DNA of 64,000 bases from an uncultured Anaerolineales bacterium. Its GTDB lineage: Bacteria; Chloroflexota; Anaerolineae; Anaerolineales; UBA11858. The DNA lies in the NCBI GenBank assembly GCA_964618295.1, contig CAZTWV010000012.1:929-64928 (forward strand). Reading direction: 5' to 3'. Made by a program: the position numbers and the translations under genes. Position 1 is the first letter of the stretch, and each line of letters opens with the position of its first letter. A model generated the notes under the pieces. It searched no databases. It was not told where the DNA came from and worked only from the letters and a program-made list of their open reading frames with translations. This document shows, piece after piece, positions 20,943 to 30,771 of the stretch.

Positions 20943-21155
20943 ATGGCTGAAATCAATCAAGATGGGAATCATGGACCCGGTCGTATGCGGGGACAAGGCC
21001 TGGGAAGACAATCTCGTGGGAGAAGATTCCGGGGCCAGGGGAGTGTAGGGGAATGTGTCTGCCCTGATTGCGGATATCAGGAAAACCACCAGCGGGGAAA
21101 TCCCTGCTATCAAAAAAAATGTCCAGAATGTGGGGCTGGTTTAGTCAGGAATTAA
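20943..21155 (+). CDS. Small Gly/Arg-rich protein with a C-terminal CxxC...CxxC zinc ribbon (DUF5320-like N-terminus)
   Basis: GPGRMRGQGLGRQSRGRRFRGQG followed by CVCPDCG...CPECG. Starts 1 nt after the PadR stop. Confidence 0.6.
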   Translation: MAEINQDGNHGPGRMRGQGLGRQSRGRRFRGQGSVGECVCPDCGYQENHQRGNPCYQKKCPECGAGLVRN

Positions 21156-21189
21156 TCTTCTGAAGAACTGAATGGAGAAAGGAATCTCA

Positions 21190-21552
21190 ATGAAAATAGC
21201 AATCTCATCAAGGAATGGATCACCGGACAAAAATTTCCAATCGCGTTTTGCCCGCTGTGAAAATTTTGCAGTCTTTGACCAGAATCTGGGAACCTGGGAG
21301 AATCTCAAAAACCCCGCCGGGGACTCTCACGGTGGTGCAGGTCCAAAAGTAGTCCAATTTTTGGCCGATCATGGTATCCAAGCAGTCATCAGCGGCCGAT
21401 ATGGTCCTAATGCATTTACAGCTTTGCAGGCTGCAGGAATTGAGGCTTATCTTGCAGATCAGGGAACTCCGGAAGCTTTAGTGAAAGCGCTTCAGGCTGG
21501 TGAACTTAAGCTTGCGAATGGGGCAAGCGGTCCAGGCAGACACGGCAGCTGA
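21190..21552 (+). CDS. NifB/NifX-family (dinitrogenase FeMo-cofactor-binding fold) protein, copy 1
   Basis: MKIAISS...FARCENFAVFD...HGGAGPKVVQFLADHGIQAVISGRYGPNAFTALQAAGIEAY matches the COG1433/PF02579 pattern. RBS GGAGAAAGGAA before ATG 21190. Confidence 0.75.
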   Translation: MKIAISSRNGSPDKNFQSRFARCENFAVFDQNLGTWENLKNPAGDSHGGAGPKVVQFLADHGIQAVISGRYGPNAFTALQAAGIEAYLADQGTPEALVKALQAGELKLANGASGPGRHGS

Positions 21553-21556
21553 ATAT

Positions 21557-22423
21557 ATGATCCGGATAGCTGTTGCCAGCGGAAAAGGCGGAACAGGCAA
21601 GACCACAGTTGCGGTCAGTTTAGCGGTCACTGCGGCCAGGCTGGGCAGTGCCGTACTGCTGGATTGTGATGTTGAAGCCCCTAATGATCATTTGTTTTTT
21701 TCGATTGATTTTGAAGAACAGCAGCTGGTTGAGCTCCAAGTTCCCGTTGTGGATTTGGATGCCTGTAACGGCTGTGGGAAATGTGCCGAGGTCTGCAGAT
21801 ATAACGCGATTGCTGTCCTGCTCGAGAAACCAGTTGTTTTTCCGGAATTGTGTCACAGCTGCGGAAGCTGCACCCTGGTGTGCCCGGAAAATGCGATTTC
21901 CGAGCAGCCACGGAGAATTGGAAAACTGGATCGGGGTTTAATAGCTCCAGGTTTTATGCTTGGACAGGGTTTGCTTGATATCGGACAGGCTCAGGCAGTT
22001 CCAATCATCAGCCAGCTTAAAGCATGGATGGCAGAAAAGAATAGGGTCCAAATCCTGGATTCTCCTCCGGGTGCTTCCTGCCCGGTTGTGGAAACCATCC
22101 GGGATGCAGATTATGTAGTTCTGGTAACCGAACCCACTCCTTTTGGACTTCACGATCTGCGCCAGGCGGTAGAAATTTGTCAGGAGCTGGGTGTAAATCA
22201 CGGGGTAATCATCAATCGAGATGGGATTGGGGATGGATCCGTTGAAAAGTACTGTCAGGAGAGGGATCTGCCAGTCCTGCTTCGGATTCCATTGGACGAG
22301 GAAATTGGCCGGGGAATTGCCCTTGGGAATCAGTTAATGGATATCAAACCGGAATATAAAGAATCCTTCTCAAATTTGTTCCAGAATATCGTCCAGGATA
22401 GCAGAAAGGAGATTTCAGCTTGA
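21557..22423 (+). CDS. MinD/ParA-superfamily P-loop ATPase with an inserted 2x[4Fe-4S] ferredoxin domain, copy 1
   Basis: Deviant Walker A ASGKGGTGKTT. Two CxxCxxCxxxC motifs (CNGCGKCAEVC, CHSCGSCTLVCP). LDSPPGASCP switch region. Confidence 0.8.
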   Translation: MIRIAVASGKGGTGKTTVAVSLAVTAARLGSAVLLDCDVEAPNDHLFFSIDFEEQQLVELQVPVVDLDACNGCGKCAEVCRYNAIAVLLEKPVVFPELCHSCGSCTLVCPENAISEQPRRIGKLDRGLIAPGFMLGQGLLDIGQAQAVPIISQLKAWMAEKNRVQILDSPPGASCPVVETIRDADYVVLVTEPTPFGLHDLRQAVEICQELGVNHGVIINRDGIGDGSVEKYCQERDLPVLLRIPLDEEIGRGIALGNQLMDIKPEYKESFSNLFQNIVQDSRKEISA

Positions 22424-23304
22424 AAGAAGTCGTGGTCCTGAGTGGGAAAGGCGGAACGGGAAAAACCAGCCTCAGCGCTGCTTTATGTGATCTGGCCCAA
22501 AATAACGGGATTGGAGAAAACGGCCTGGTGATAGTGGATGCGGATGTGGATGCCTCCAATCTCCAGCTGATTCTCAGTCCAGAGATTCTGGAAGAGGGGG
22601 AATTTTCTGGCAGTGACCTTGCCTGGATAAACCCTGCGATTTGCAGCCAGTGCGGAACCTGTCAGGAAGTTTGCCGATTTGAGGCGGTCAATTTGCAGGA
22701 TGGTCAGTATGTGATTGACCGGTTTGCCTGTGAGGGTTGTGCCGCCTGCTATTACCAGTGTCCGGAGGGGGCGATTGAGATGCAAAACAGAACAGCCGGG
22801 GAATGGTACCAATCCTCATCAAGATTTGGTATGATGTTTCATGCCCATTTATATGCCGGGCAGGAAAACTCAGGAAAGCTGGTAGCTTTTATCAAGGAAA
22901 AAGCCAGGGCGTTTGCGGGAGAGAGCAATCCGGAGCTGGTTTTGGTCGATGGCCCACCGGGAGTGGGCTGTCCAGTGATTTCAGCAATTTCAGGTGCAGA
23001 TTTTGCCTTGATGGCCGCTGAACCATCCCTGGCAGGAATTCACGACCTGGAGCGGGTGCTGGACACAGCCAATCAATTCAATGTGCCGTCAGGAGTGGTC
23101 ATCAACAAATTTGACATCAACAAATCCGGTACTGAGAAAATTCACCAGATCTGCCGGGAACGGAAAATTGGGATTTTGGGTCAAATTCCATTCGATCTAA
23201 ATGTCACCAGAGCTATGGTGTCAGGAAATCCGGTTACCTCGGTTTTTCCGGAAAGCCCAGCCAGCCAAGCAATTATTGAGATCTGGAACCGGCTTAGGGA
23301 GTAA
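22420..23304 (+). CDS. MinD/ParA-superfamily P-loop ATPase with an inserted 2x[4Fe-4S] ferredoxin domain, copy 2
   Basis: SGKGGTGKTS, CSQCGTCQEVC, CEGCAACYYQCP, VDGPPGVGCP. The TTG start overlaps the upstream stop; RBS AGAAAGGAG. Confidence 0.8.
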   Translation: MKEVVVLSGKGGTGKTSLSAALCDLAQNNGIGENGLVIVDADVDASNLQLILSPEILEEGEFSGSDLAWINPAICSQCGTCQEVCRFEAVNLQDGQYVIDRFACEGCAACYYQCPEGAIEMQNRTAGEWYQSSSRFGMMFHAHLYAGQENSGKLVAFIKEKARAFAGESNPELVLVDGPPGVGCPVISAISGADFALMAAEPSLAGIHDLERVLDTANQFNVPSGVVINKFDINKSGTEKIHQICRERKIGILGQIPFDLNVTRAMVSGNPVTSVFPESPASQAIIEIWNRLRE

Positions 23305-23374
23305 TCATTGCTGGAACCGGAAATCCAGCCGGTGAAATTTCGTAATTCGCAAGAATAAAAGGAGAAAATTTAAA

Positions 23375-23746
23375 ATGAAAGTAGCCGTATCAGCAGAAAC
23401 GAATCAGGGATTAAACAGCCAGGTTGCCCATCACTTTGGCCGCTGCCCATATTTTGCTTTGGTTGAGGTTGAGAATCAGAAGATCGCTTCCTGCAAGATC
23501 ATCGATAATCCGTATTTCCAGGCTCATCAGCCTGGGCAGGTTCCGGGGTTTATCAAGGAGCAGGGAGCGGAGGTGATGCTCAGCGGTGGAATGGGGGGGC
23601 GGGCAATTCAATTTTTTGATCAATTTGGGATTCAGACAGCAACTGGTGCCTGCGGGACTGTCGAAGAGACCATTCAGCATTACTTGAATGGAGATCTAGG
23701 AGGCGCCGCACCGTGCAAAGAATCAGTGGAGCACGGCCACGGATAA
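23375..23746 (+). CDS. NifB/NifX-family protein, copy 2
   Basis: MKVAVSA...FGRCPYFALVEV...HQPGQVPGFIKEQGAEVMLSGGMGGRAIQFFDQFGIQ shows the same fold pattern as copy 1. Confidence 0.75.
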   Translation: MKVAVSAETNQGLNSQVAHHFGRCPYFALVEVENQKIASCKIIDNPYFQAHQPGQVPGFIKEQGAEVMLSGGMGGRAIQFFDQFGIQTATGACGTVEETIQHYLNGDLGGAAPCKESVEHGHG

Positions 23747-23771
23747 CTAGTCCAAAAAAAACGCAGTGAAT

Positions 23772-23810
23772 ATCACGGTCAGCTGTTCTCTCTGCTGACC
23801 GTGATTTTTT
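23772..23810 (+). terminator. Rho-independent terminator after the NifX-like/MinD-like cluster
   Basis: 12-bp perfect stem ATCACGGTCAGC / GCTGACCGTGAT with a 10-nt loop, followed by TTTTTT. Confidence 0.8.
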
Positions 23811-24408
23811 ATGGTGCTTTCTGGGTCAGAAAAATGCAGGTGGAAACACCGCTTTGAGATTGATTCTGAACCATCGTGAGCTGAAGATCAAATAAATAGC
23901 CCAGGATTTGGCAGTCAAGCTTGCAGAGAGCAGGAAATTCAGAGGGTAGACCAAGATAGGGACAGTGATGGAGCAGTATTTTTGGTCCCTGGGGTCCGGC
24001 TTCCCAGGCAGCATGATAGTGTTGGTCGTTTAAAATTTCAACCGCTTTGTTCCAGCGCTGGAATTTGGATTTCTGTTCCGTTGTTTTACCGGAGGGGAAA
24101 TTTTTGACAACACCTTTCAACAAAGCTTCAGCTTGGGGGTGATTCTCAACAGCTCTTAAAAATGAGCGAAGCAAATTTGCGAAATTTTCGCCCTGGGAGC
24201 GCGGGGAGAGGGTAAATTGGGCTGGGGGTCTGCCAACTCGATCAGGATCCGGGATAATTCTTTTCTTGACTTCCCCTGTGTTTTCCAATTCCTTGAGATG
24301 ATAACGGATATTGGCAGGGGTCAGTCCGAGCGCCTGGCTGATCTCCCGGGGAGTACCTTGTTGATAAGCTCGTAGATACTCAATAATTTTTTGTTTGGTT
24401 TCTACCAT
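23809..24408 (-). CDS. ArsR/SufR-like winged-helix regulator with a Cys-containing C-terminal domain
   Basis: The N-terminal HTH is IIEYLRAYQQGTPREISQALGLTPANIRYHLKELENTGEV. The C-terminal region holds HHCPY...C...DC...C. Divergent from nuoB. Confidence 0.65.
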   Translation of the reverse strand: MVETKQKIIEYLRAYQQGTPREISQALGLTPANIRYHLKELENTGEVKKRIIPDPDRVGRPPAQFTLSPRSQGENFANLLRSFLRAVENHPQAEALLKGVVKNFPSGKTTEQKSKFQRWNKAVEILNDQHYHAAWEAGPQGPKILLHHCPYLGLPSEFPALCKLDCQILGYLFDLQLTMVQNQSQSGVSTCIFLTQKAP

Positions 24409-24466
24409 GGTGAAATCTTACCAAAAAATGGTTAATTAAGCAAAAATTTATTTGCGAAAATATTTA

Positions 24467-24496
24467 TTGACAAAGGTCAGGTACCGCCCGTATAAT
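24467..24496 (+). promoter_or_regulatory. Sigma-70-type promoter of nuoB-nuoCD-nuoI (TTGACA-18 nt-TATAAT)
   Basis: TTGACA 24467-24472 and TATAAT 24491-24496, about 70 nt upstream of the RBS-supported nuoB ATG at 24569. Confidence 0.7.
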
Positions 24497-24568
24497 GGGT
24501 ATGCTCGTGCTGATATTCACAATTTTGGCAGCAGGCACAGCAATCTAATCTGCAGAGGAGTTTGGGGT

Positions 24569-25234
24569 ATGACCAAAGAATTGAATAATGTTCCGCAGCG
24601 ACCTGATCCGGATGAACTGCTCAATCCTGGGTATGAGATTCCCCCGGAATTAAAGAGCAGTGTGACCATCACCACGCTTGACAAAATTTATAACTGGGGC
24701 CGACGCTATTCTGTCTGGCCCATGTTTTTTGGGTTGGCTTGCTGTGCAATTGAAATGATTGCTACAGCTGGTTCCAGATATGATATGGCCCGGTTCGGGA
24801 TGGAAATTATGCGGCCCAGCCCCCGGCAGTGTGACTTGATGATTGTCTCCGGGACTGTGACAAAAAAGATGGCCCCCCAGGTGGTTCGGCTTTACAACCA
24901 GATGCCAGAACCCAAGTATGTCCTTTCCATGGGAGCCTGTGCTTCCGGGGGAGGTCCTTTCAAGCGGGGCTACAATGTGGTTGCCGGCATTGACAAATTT
25001 ATCCCGGTAGATGTCTATGTCCCCGGCTGTCCTCCGACCCCCCAGGCGCTTCTGCATGGATTTATCAAACTTCATGAAATGATGGATCAAGAATCTCTGA
25101 AAGAGATGCGCTGGTATTCTGATGAAAAAGATGACGGGATTCCGGTTCCGATCCTGGGACCCGATCTTATTGATCCGCGGGATTTTCCAGAGATGATGAA
25201 AGCTGATGAAGGAAAAGACGAGGCGAAATCATGA
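24569..25234 (+). CDS. nuoB: NADH-quinone oxidoreductase subunit B
   Basis: [20 protein letters not shown] and VPGCPP motifs (N2 cluster ligands). GAGGAG lies 8 nt before ATG 24569. The ORF-track start 24452 would overlap the promoter. Confidence 0.9.
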   Translation: MTKELNNVPQRPDPDELLNPGYEIPPELKSSVTITTLDKIYNWGRRYSVWPMFFGLACCAIEMIATAGSRYDMARFGMEIMRPSPRQCDLMIVSGTVTKKMAPQVVRLYNQMPEPKYVLSMGACASGGGPFKRGYNVVAGIDKFIPVDVYVPGCPPTPQALLHGFIKLHEMMDQESLKEMRWYSDEKDDGIPVPILGPDLIDPRDFPEMMKADEGKDEAKS

Positions 25235-26988
25235 GTGATCTTAAAACATATGAACTGGAAATCTATCAAAAGATTCTTGAAAATGATTCGGATTGGGTCC
25301 AGCAGGAAGAACGAGAAGGATATTCAGGTCTGGTCGTTGAGGTTGAACACCTCCTGGCTTTTGCAGAAAAACTCCGGGATGAATACGGTTACGACCTGCT
25401 CAGCTCGGTGACTGCTGTTGATTATCTTGAGGATGAATTATTTGAGGTGGTTTATCATGCCTTTCGATCGACCGGCGGGGCCATCATTGAATTCAAGGTT
25501 CAGGTCCCAAGGTCTGATCCGGTGGTTCCATCTTTGGTCCAGATCTACCCTGGAGTGAATTTCCAGGAGCGGGAAGCCTGGGATCTGATGGGCATTCGTT
25601 TTGAAGGACATCCCAACCACAAACGGATCTTGATGTGGGAAGGATTTGAAGGTCATCCAATGCGCAAAGATTGGATTGAAGCGATCTTTGAAGGGGATAT
25701 AAAGCCCTATGAAGACCGGTGGCCGGAAGGGAAAGTTGATCGATTTGAGGAGAAACTCCCGTATCAAAAGAATGTAGCCTATTCTGAGGATTTCAATCCG
25801 GAAACCTGGATTCCTGACCCGGAAGAACTTTTATACCAATCTCTGGTGGAAGCGCATAAAGGTGAGACCCGATCTGACCTGGAGACCGAAAAACTGATAG
25901 TCAGTCTGGGACCGCAGCACCCTTCGACCCATGGTGTGTTCCGGATGGTGGCCACCCTGGAAGGGGAAGGTGTGGTCGATTTGGAACCGGTTATGGGGTA
26001 TTTACATCGGAACCATGAAAAAATCGGGGAGCGCAACACCTACCTGATGAATATGCCTTACACAGATCGTCTGGATTATTTTTGTTCGATGACCAATAAC
26101 TTTGCTTACGCGATTGCTGTGGAACAGCTGCTGGGTGATGGGTATGAACCTCCAGAAAGAGCGGAATATATCCGGGTCATCATGGCAGAACTTACCCGGA
26201 TCCAGAATCACTACATGGCAATTGGCTTTTTCCTGAATGACCTCGGGGCTTATTTCACTCCGAGTTTGTACGCAATTAAAGAACGGGAGCTGATTCTGGA
26301 TGTTTTCCAGGAAGTATCCGGCTCCCGGATGATGTGCAATTACTTCCGATTTGGAGGCGTGGTCCGGGATATCCCTGAGTGGGTAGAGGACCAGATCCGG
26401 AAGCTTGCCTATGAGCGACTACCGCGACAGATTGATGAATTTGACCGCTACCTGGTTGAGAACGAGATTGTTGTTGGCCGTGGAAAAGGGGTTGGGGTGC
26501 TGACCCCGGAGGAAGCGATCGGCTTATCCGCGACCGGACCGGTGCTGCGGGCCTCTGGAGTCCCCTACGATATCCGGCGGGCGGACCCGTACAGCATTTA
26601 TGACCGCTTTGAATTTGATGTAGCAGTTCGCTACCACGGGGATGTCTATGACCGTTTCCTGATCCGGTATGACGAGATCCGGCAGAGCATCCGAATTCTG
26701 CAGCAGGCTATTGACCAGATGCCAAAAGGAGATTTCTTATCCAAGAGGCCATCTTACCGTTTCAGAATGCCGAAAGGCGAGTCCTATGGACGGGTGGAAG
26801 GGCCTAAAGGGGAGCTCGGATTTTATCTGGTTTCAGATGGGTCCGATAATCCATATCGCTATCATGTCCGCTCCCCATCATTTATCAATTTGACTGGATT
26901 GAGACAAATGTCGATTGATGAAAAGGTGGCTGACCTGGTTGCGATCCTGGGATCGATTGATATCGTCCTTGGCGAAGTTGACCGCTGA
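25231..26988 (+). CDS. nuoCD: Fused NADH-quinone oxidoreductase subunits C and D
   Basis: The N-terminal ~170 aa are NuoC-like ([19 protein letters not shown]). The rest is NuoD-like ([15 protein letters not shown]...HRNHEKI...RSPSFINL...IVLGEVDR). One 585-aa ORF. ATGA overlap with nuoB. Confidence 0.9.
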   Translation: MSDLKTYELEIYQKILENDSDWVQQEEREGYSGLVVEVEHLLAFAEKLRDEYGYDLLSSVTAVDYLEDELFEVVYHAFRSTGGAIIEFKVQVPRSDPVVPSLVQIYPGVNFQEREAWDLMGIRFEGHPNHKRILMWEGFEGHPMRKDWIEAIFEGDIKPYEDRWPEGKVDRFEEKLPYQKNVAYSEDFNPETWIPDPEELLYQSLVEAHKGETRSDLETEKLIVSLGPQHPSTHGVFRMVATLEGEGVVDLEPVMGYLHRNHEKIGERNTYLMNMPYTDRLDYFCSMTNNFAYAIAVEQLLGDGYEPPERAEYIRVIMAELTRIQNHYMAIGFFLNDLGAYFTPSLYAIKERELILDVFQEVSGSRMMCNYFRFGGVVRDIPEWVEDQIRKLAYERLPRQIDEFDRYLVENEIVVGRGKGVGVLTPEEAIGLSATGPVLRASGVPYDIRRADPYSIYDRFEFDVAVRYHGDVYDRFLIRYDEIRQSIRILQQAIDQMPKGDFLSKRPSYRFRMPKGESYGRVEGPKGELGFYLVSDGSDNPYRYHVRSPSFINLTGLRQMSIDEKVADLVAILGSIDIVLGEVDR

Positions 26989-27018
26989 GATACTTGAGTA
27001 TTGAGGGAGAATAACAGT

Positions 27019-27615
27019 ATGAAAGGCATTGGAATACTGAAAGGGATCGCAATTACATTCCAGCATATTCTGGATACGTACCTGGAGGACATCAAGGGCG
27101 GCCGGGACCGATATTACACCGAAGAGGGTGTTCAGGCCAGATTGGATGCGGACACCAAAGGGATCTTCACGGTGCAGTATCCAGAGGAAAGACTACCTTC
27201 CTATGAAGAAACCCGGATTGTTCCATTCCTGGTATATGATGAGGGTGAGAATGGAGAAAAGGATGTTCGCTGTACAGCGTGTGGGATCTGCGCCAAGGTC
27301 TGTCCAACACAGTGCATCTGGATCGATCGGGCTGAAGACCCGGAGACCGGCAAACCGATGAAAGAACCGGCTCATTTTGCGATTGATGTCGACCTGTGTA
27401 TGAACTGCGGTTTCTGTGCGGAATACTGCCCGTTTGATGCAATTAAGATGGACCATGATATTGAGCTGGCCAATTATGATCGATTCCAGGAAAACATTCA
27501 CCATATGGATCGCCTGCTCAAACCGGCCTCTTATTATGCTGAGATCCGACCTTTAAATCATGCCCGGGAGCAGGAAGCCAAGCAGGCGAAATCAAGAAAG
27601 CGTTCCAGAAAATAA
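27019..27615 (+). CDS. nuoI: NADH-quinone oxidoreductase subunit I
   Basis: Two 4Fe-4S motifs, CTACGICAKVCP and CMNCGFCAEYCP. RBS GAGGGAG before ATG 27019. Confidence 0.88.
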   Translation: MKGIGILKGIAITFQHILDTYLEDIKGGRDRYYTEEGVQARLDADTKGIFTVQYPEERLPSYEETRIVPFLVYDEGENGEKDVRCTACGICAKVCPTQCIWIDRAEDPETGKPMKEPAHFAIDVDLCMNCGFCAEYCPFDAIKMDHDIELANYDRFQENIHHMDRLLKPASYYAEIRPLNHAREQEAKQAKSRKRSRK

Positions 27616-27649
27616 ATTCTCAATCTGTTTGTTTGATCTGGAAAATTAA

Positions 27650-28477
27650 ATGACCGATGATTCAAAAATGTTGTTTGTTGTTGGCTGCCCAAGAAGCGGG
27701 ACAAGCATTATTGCCAAAGCTTTGGTGGAGTCAGGTCTCCAAACCGCTGTTGATAACAGAAGGAATCAGCAGTATATCAGTGGGTATTACGAATATCTGC
27801 CGCTTCTGATTTTTCATAAAGGCCTTGAAAAATTACCAAGATCCTCTGATTACCGCATAACAAAAGAGCCATACTTAAAATCTGAGGATCTTGATGACAC
27901 TTTTATCCGGGAGATGTTTGACCTGGCAACTTTCCAGATCAAGAACCGGGAAGTTGATTTTATAAAGTTTCCGCAGCTTGCTTTATCAATTGATTTTTTG
28001 TTTGATGAGTTTGAAAATATCCATATTCTTGGAGTCTGGAGAAATCCGGAAAATGTTTTTCGTTCTTTAATACTGAAAGAATTTCCAAGAGATATGATTC
28101 CTGCTTCTGGTATTAGAGCAATTTATCTCCAATCCATGTATGCCTATCATCTAATAGAAGCTCACAAGAAATATAACCAGCGGGTCACGATAGTATCCAT
28201 AGATGATTTGTATGCTGAAAAATGGAAATTAAAATCATTATTAGGATATCTAGGTTTCAAAGCTGACGCTGATGTAGCATTGAGGGATGTCCTTGATAAG
28301 GCGATCTGGACCACTAAGGCTGCTATTCCTTGGAAGATTTATTTTCACCTGATGAAGTGGTTAGTATTTTTGGTTTCCAGATTGGATCGGTCAACACTGC
28401 GGGATCTAGGGGATCTCCAAGATTTTCAACAGAAAATACAAGAAATAATTGATGAAAATTCTCTTACTAACTCCTGA
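27650..28477 (+). CDS. Sulfotransferase-family protein (putative)
   Basis: N-terminal FVVGCPRSGTSIIAKAL resembles the PAPS 5'-phosphosulfate-binding loop. The rest of the protein was not recognised. Confidence 0.5.
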   Translation: MTDDSKMLFVVGCPRSGTSIIAKALVESGLQTAVDNRRNQQYISGYYEYLPLLIFHKGLEKLPRSSDYRITKEPYLKSEDLDDTFIREMFDLATFQIKNREVDFIKFPQLALSIDFLFDEFENIHILGVWRNPENVFRSLILKEFPRDMIPASGIRAIYLQSMYAYHLIEAHKKYNQRVTIVSIDDLYAEKWKLKSLLGYLGFKADADVALRDVLDKAIWTTKAAIPWKIYFHLMKWLVFLVSRLDRSTLRDLGDLQDFQQKIQEIIDENSLTNS

Positions 28478-29564
28478 GTTATTTGGATTTGGAGGAGTGC
28501 AGCGCTTCAGCCGCCATGTCAGCTTGGTACTTGGAAGACTGGCAGAGGTAAATCAATTTCAGCTATTGATAAATTCCTTGATGGATAAGGATATTGATAA
28601 TTATTCTCCCTATCTTCCAGGAAACCCAGTGATCTTGATTTCTAAGGGAAATAAAATCCGTTTTGTTTTCAATTCCCTCCGAATAGTTTCACCAAAAATG
28701 AGATGGATATATGCCACTCATCTACACCTCTCTCCAGTCGCATATTTTATAAAAAGGATAAATTCTTCTGTCAAATATGCTGTTCATTTGCACGGCATCG
28801 ACATCTGGGGTGAAATATCTCCTCTTAGGAAAATGGCATTACAAAATGCTGATCTATTGACAACATCCAGTACCTTCACTGCAGAAAAGGCACTTTCCCG
28901 CCATCGTCTATCGGCTGAAAAAATCCGCGTTTTAAATCCCCCAATAGATCCTTTTTGGCTCCAAAAAATCTTGAATCATTCATCAAGTTTGGAATCAGGA
29001 AAAGAAAATAAAGGAAAATATTTGTTAACTGTTGCCCGTTTGGATGCGGCAGATCAGCAAAAAGGAGTCGATGATGTCATCAGGGCTTTTTCTCTGCTAA
29101 GTCCAAAATATCCTGATTTAAGATACAGAATTGTCGGAACAGGAAGTGACCAGAAACGCCTTGAGGAGTTAGCGAAGAAGTCAGGTTTAGGGGAGAAAGT
29201 CATTTTCTTGGGAAATGTTACGGAAGGTGAACTTCAAGAGCTCTACAAGAATTGCGAAATATTTATCATGCCCAGCAAGAAAGAAGGGCTGGGCATTGTC
29301 TTTTTAGAAGCCATGGCATATAAGAAACCAATCATAGCCTGTGATGAGGGAGGAATTCCTGATGCCGTAATTTCTAATCAAACTGGAATACTTGTTAATT
29401 TTGGAAGACCAGATGAAATTAAAAAAGCCGTTGAACGGCTTATCACAGAACCAGAAACAGCAGCCATGATGGGAGAAGCGGGTTACCATCACCTTTTGGA
29501 TAAATTCTCTTTTGAAACCTTTTGCCGAAAAATATCCAAAAACTTTGATCTCCAGCAATCTTGA
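28452..29564 (+). CDS. Family 4 (GT-B) glycosyltransferase
   Basis: C-terminal GT1/GT4 signature IFIMPSKKEGLGIVFLEAMAYKKPIIACDEGGIPDAV (EX7E region). Confidence 0.82.
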   Translation: MKILLLTPELFGFGGVQRFSRHVSLVLGRLAEVNQFQLLINSLMDKDIDNYSPYLPGNPVILISKGNKIRFVFNSLRIVSPKMRWIYATHLHLSPVAYFIKRINSSVKYAVHLHGIDIWGEISPLRKMALQNADLLTTSSTFTAEKALSRHRLSAEKIRVLNPPIDPFWLQKILNHSSSLESGKENKGKYLLTVARLDAADQQKGVDDVIRAFSLLSPKYPDLRYRIVGTGSDQKRLEELAKKSGLGEKVIFLGNVTEGELQELYKNCEIFIMPSKKEGLGIVFLEAMAYKKPIIACDEGGIPDAVISNQTGILVNFGRPDEIKKAVERLITEPETAAMMGEAGYHHLLDKFSFETFCRKISKNFDLQQS

Positions 29565-29622
29565 TTTTTCTGAAGTTTACTAACGGGGTCATTATCAATT
29601 TGTGATTTGAGGGGAGAGCTGA

Positions 29623-29832
29623 GTGCCGAAGCCGCAAGCGGTCATTGATTACCAGGAATGCGATCCGGAGCGCTGTCCAGGGGAAATTTGCCAGGCGTCG
29701 TTAGTTTGTAAGCGGCGGGTAATCTGGCAGGAGGAAGCCAATCAACCCCCGATTATCTTCAGTGGAAAATGCCTCAGCTGCAGGGATTGTTTAGAAGCTT
29801 GCCCGCAGAATGCCATCCGGATAGTCAGATAA
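29623..29832 (+). CDS. Small 4Fe-4S ferredoxin-domain protein
   Basis: 69 aa with CDPERCPGEICQASLVC and a classical CLSCRDCLEACP. GTG start. Confidence 0.5.
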   Translation: MPKPQAVIDYQECDPERCPGEICQASLVCKRRVIWQEEANQPPIIFSGKCLSCRDCLEACPQNAIRIVR

Positions 29833-29835
29833 TTA

Positions 29836-30693
29836 TCAGGAGGGAGAGGACTCAATTCCAGTAATCTGGATGGTTTCGTAAGGCATCTCAATCTCTGCTG
29901 CTCGCAGGGTATCCAGCAGCATTTCACGCAAATCCGCCCGTTTTCCAACGTGGACCCGTTCATTTTCAAGCCAGACCCGGAGTTCGAGCTCAATATTGTA
30001 GTCGTTCAAGGCGGTCACCAAAACTCTTGGTTCTGGATCAGACAATAAATCCTGGTCCGCTGAAATTGCATCCAAAACCAGGTTTCTCACCTGGTGAATG
30101 TCTTCATTGACCCCGATGGAAAAGCTCATATCCAGGCGTAAATTGGGAAAGTTGGTGTAGGAGGCGACGGTTTTGTTGATCATCTCCGCGTTTGGGACAG
30201 CCAGCATACGGCCGTCCGGGGTCACTATCCGGGTGGAGCGAAGTGTGATCTGCTCCACTCTGCCGTAATTCTCTCCTACCTCAATTAAATCGCCGATCAC
30301 AAAAGGCCGGTCCAGGAAGATCAACAAGCCGGAGATCAGGTTGGAAAATGCATCCCGGGCTGCAAAACCAATTGTGATTCCAGCGATCCCCAGGGAAGCA
30401 AGCACAGCCGAGATATCCAGCCCGGCGACTTTCAGGGCGGTTAAGCCCCCGATAATTAATATGGTGTATTTCACAATTGTCCGGATGAAGACCTGGGTAG
30501 TTTGATCTTGATGACTGCGGTGCAGAATGGAGATGACTAATCTGCTGACCAGAAGCCAGACCAGATAAAAGATCAGGTAGACCAGGACGGCGCTGGTGAG
30601 CTGCACCAGCCACTCTCCCAGGATGGTACCCAGCTGCTCCGGTTGAAAAACCTGGGCTAACTCTGCAAACACATTTTCAAAAAAAGTATTCAT
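29836..30693 (-). CDS. Small-conductance mechanosensitive channel (MscS family)
   Basis: 3 TM segments followed by FSNLISGLLIFLDRPFVIGDLIEV...G.VEQITLRSTRIVTPDGRMLAVPN, the MscS pore and beta-domain signature. Confidence 0.85.
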   Translation of the reverse strand: MNTFFENVFAELAQVFQPEQLGTILGEWLVQLTSAVLVYLIFYLVWLLVSRLVISILHRSHQDQTTQVFIRTIVKYTILIIGGLTALKVAGLDISAVLASLGIAGITIGFAARDAFSNLISGLLIFLDRPFVIGDLIEVGENYGRVEQITLRSTRIVTPDGRMLAVPNAEMINKTVASYTNFPNLRLDMSFSIGVNEDIHQVRNLVLDAISADQDLLSDPEPRVLVTALNDYNIELELRVWLENERVHVGKRADLREMLLDTLRAAEIEMPYETIQITGIESSPS

Positions 30694-30771
30694 TACTTTT
30701 CCCCTGGGTTTTTAGCAAGGTTGGACTCCCAAGACAGCACTGGGAAATAAGATTTGGAGGATAAATCGTTG

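Noticed and set aside
24452-24568. N-terminal extensions offered by the ORF track for nuoB. Similar extensions occur at 34291 for the CarH-like gene, 34275 for DegV, 45645 for the DUF255 gene, 21500 for MinD-like 1 and 51031 for TadE paralogue 2.
   Set aside because: The extensions would overlap consensus promoters or lack RBSs. Internal starts have good Shine-Dalgarno spacing and match the conserved family N-termini.
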